Part shown: positions 36,796 through 38,273 of the stretch, piece after piece | How positions within the stretch are numbered: the first letter of the stretch is position 1 | Layout: every line of letters begins with the position of its first letter | Origin: Candidatus Saccharimonadota bacterium | GTDB lineage: Bacteria > Patescibacteriota > Saccharimonadia > CAILAD01 > BJGX01 | Assembly (NCBI GenBank): GCA_037133995.1 | Contig: JBAXNA010000003.1 | Location: 1-38,273 of the forward strand | Length of the DNA stretch: 38,273 nucleotides | Direction: 5' to 3' | Position numbers and translations under genes: made by a program | The notes under the pieces: generated by a model | What the model was told of the DNA's origin: nothing | What the model saw: the letters and a program-made list of their open reading frames with translations, nothing else | Databases searched by the model: none

Positions 36796-36892
36796 GGCTA
36801 GCTAAGCTGTTAATGTAGTTGTTTTTTTGATAAAATACAGAAGTATTAGTTTTTAATTGCAGTATTTTTGTTCGCAATTAGCAGTACGATAA

Positions 36893-36969
36893 AGGGGTGT
36901 AGCTCAGCTGGCTAGAGCGTCGGTCTCCAAAACCGAAGGTCGGGGGTTCGATCCCCTCCACCCCTGCCA
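36893..36969 (+). tRNA. tRNA-Trp(CCA)
   Basis: AGGGGTG/CACCCCT acceptor, TCGGT-ctCCAaa-ACCGA, GTTCGATC, encoded CCA. TGaTAAAAT at 36828-36836 upstream. Confidence 0.97.
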
Positions 36970-36983
36970 ATGCACTAATGTTT

Positions 36984-37010
36984 AAAAAAGACCTAGACGG
37001 GTCTTTTTTT
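36984..37010 (+). terminator. Intrinsic terminator after tRNA-Trp
   Basis: AAAAAAGACCT-agac-GGGTCTTTTTTT. Confidence 0.8.
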
Positions 37011-37024
37011 GTTATGATGTATTT

Positions 37025-38227
37025 ATGAACAAAAATAAATTAGGCTCTAACTTCACAAGGCTTTGGGCTAGTAGTGGTATTTCAAGTTTAGGCGATGGGG
37101 CCATGTTGGCTGCCGGCCCACTTTTGGTAGCATCGCGCACACAGCAACCAGCTTTAGTAGCTGGAGCGGTATTTGCGCAGCAGCTCCCATGGTTACTTTT
37201 TTCACTCCTCAGCGGTGTTTTTGTTGATAGATTTGACCGAAAAAAAATACTGGTATTTGCAAATATAGTCAGGGCGATCGCAGTGGGTGGCCTTGCATTA
37301 GCAATCGTAGTAAATCAAGCCTCTATACCAATTATATATGCTTTACTATTTTTACTAGGCACAGCGGATACTTTGGCCGAAAATGCTGCTGTTGCTTTTT
37401 TACCTGAAATAGTTACTGAGGCCCAGCTATCTAGTGCTAACTCTCATCTGCAGGGTGCAGTACTAATTGGACGCCAGCTAATAGGGCCATCCCTAGGCGC
37501 CTACTTATTTGTAGTTGCTGCGGCAATACCATTTGGGCTTGATGCAGCTACGTTTGTTGTCGCAGCTCTACTAATAGGCTTAATTCGTAAGAGTACTAAG
37601 CCGATCACTAGCTATGATCGCAAAACAATACATAATGAAATAAGAGAAGGCGTTCAGTGGCTCTGGCGGTCAGAATTTTTACGGACTCTTGCAATTTCCA
37701 TCGCTGTATTAAGTATCACTTTTACCGCTGCCTTCGCTACATTTGTGCTATTTGCGAACCAAAGACTTGGCTTGGGACCGGTAGGTTATGGGCTTATGTT
37801 GTCATTGTCTGCTTTAGGCGGCTTATTTGGTGCGGTTCTTGCGACTCCATTGCAATCAAAATTTAGTGTCAGCACTCTACTTAGAGCAGGGTTAATAACA
37901 GAAGCGCTGATAAATCTAGCTTTTGCGAATGTTCAGTCGCCATGGGCTGCTGGATTTATATATGCCATATTTGGAATGCATGCAGTAATTTGGGGAATCG
38001 TAACAGTTTCGTTACGACAGAAGATGATACCATCTAATCTGTTAGGCAGAGTTAACAGCGTATACAACTTGTTTCGAATGGGCGGTGTTGCAATAGGGGC
38101 ACTAGCTGGAGGTTTAATTGCTCAAGCATATGGTATAACAGCACCATTCTGGGTGGCGGGTATTAGCGTTGCACTACTAACAATTCTTACATGGCGGAGT
38201 TTTGGTAAAAGCAAGATTGCTGCCTAG
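37025..38227 (+). CDS. MFS transporter (MFS_3 / DHA3-like)
   Basis: FTRLW..ISSLGDG, SGVFVDRFDRKK motif A, LRQKMIP..LLGRVNS, about 12 TM. TGtTATGAT 6 nt upstream. Confidence 0.92.
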   Translation: MNKNKLGSNFTRLWASSGISSLGDGAMLAAGPLLVASRTQQPALVAGAVFAQQLPWLLFSLLSGVFVDRFDRKKILVFANIVRAIAVGGLALAIVVNQASIPIIYALLFLLGTADTLAENAAVAFLPEIVTEAQLSSANSHLQGAVLIGRQLIGPSLGAYLFVVAAAIPFGLDAATFVVAALLIGLIRKSTKPITSYDRKTIHNEIREGVQWLWRSEFLRTLAISIAVLSITFTAAFATFVLFANQRLGLGPVGYGLMLSLSALGGLFGAVLATPLQSKFSVSTLLRAGLITEALINLAFANVQSPWAAGFIYAIFGMHAVIWGIVTVSLRQKMIPSNLLGRVNSVYNLFRMGGVAIGALAGGLIAQAYGITAPFWVAGISVALLTILTWRSFGKSKIAA

Positions 38228-38252
38228 ATGTTATAATAAGTTGAGTTCTTAT

Positions 38253-38273
38253 ATGGCACACAACGCCCTGCCA
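38253..38273 (+). CDS. Probable start of next gene (MAHNALP..., truncated)
   Basis: ATG downstream of TGtTATAAT (38229-38237). Only 7 codons are visible. Confidence 0.35.

Noticed and set aside
36893-36969. Alternative genetic code (TGA recoding as in Gracilibacteria/Absconditabacteria)
   Set aside because: TGA terminates rpoC, rplC, rplB and others at expected positions, no in-frame TGA occurs in conserved genes, and the tRNA-Trp anticodon is CCA.
1568-37866. Numerous short antisense and alternate-frame ORFs in the ORF track (e.g. 3137-3421, 9258-9581, 26453-26815, 31999-32352, 17608-17907)
   Set aside because: They are shadows of conserved genes or span terminators, and have no SD, motifs or independent support.
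1-38273. CRISPR arrays, IS elements, integrases, prophage or defence genes
   Set aside because: No repeat-spacer periodicity, terminal inverted repeats or recombinase/transposase motifs were seen.

Overview
This is a core-genome window from a reduced bacterial genome, most likely Patescibacteria/CPR and possibly Saccharibacteria-like. That assignment is an inference from the missing rpmD/L30 in the spc operon, the lack of adk/map after secY, the 89-aa zinc-independent S14 and the divergent EF-Tu/EF-G motifs. The standard code applies, since TGA is used as a stop. Gene order: tig (3' end), clpP, MFS, rpoB, rpoC, rpsL, rpsG, fusA, membrane orphan, tuf, rpsJ, then an insert of ABC-F plus 3 small genes, the S10/spc block rplC..secY, infA, rpmJ, rpsM, rpsK, rpsD, rpoA, rplQ, rplM, rpsI, a 2TM-RCK channel, RluA, holB, a TPR protein, tRNA-Tyr, two tRNA-Thr, a PspC-domain protein, tRNA-Trp and a second MFS. 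I saw no mobile element, CRISPR array, intron or intein. The unusual signals lie inside familiar genes: (1) an MthK-like channel whose TVGYG K+ filter is replaced by SHHDNFH; (2) an EF-G whose guanine-recognition motifs are rewired (G4 NKIN, G5 GGDG) while EF-Tu stays canonical; (3) RNA polymerase with several substitutions at near-invariant active-centre positions and an S531N-type rifampicin pocket; (4) structured leaders upstream of rpoB, fusA and rplC, and several apparently leaderless genes. All motif comparisons were made by eye against remembered consensus sequences; no searches were run.
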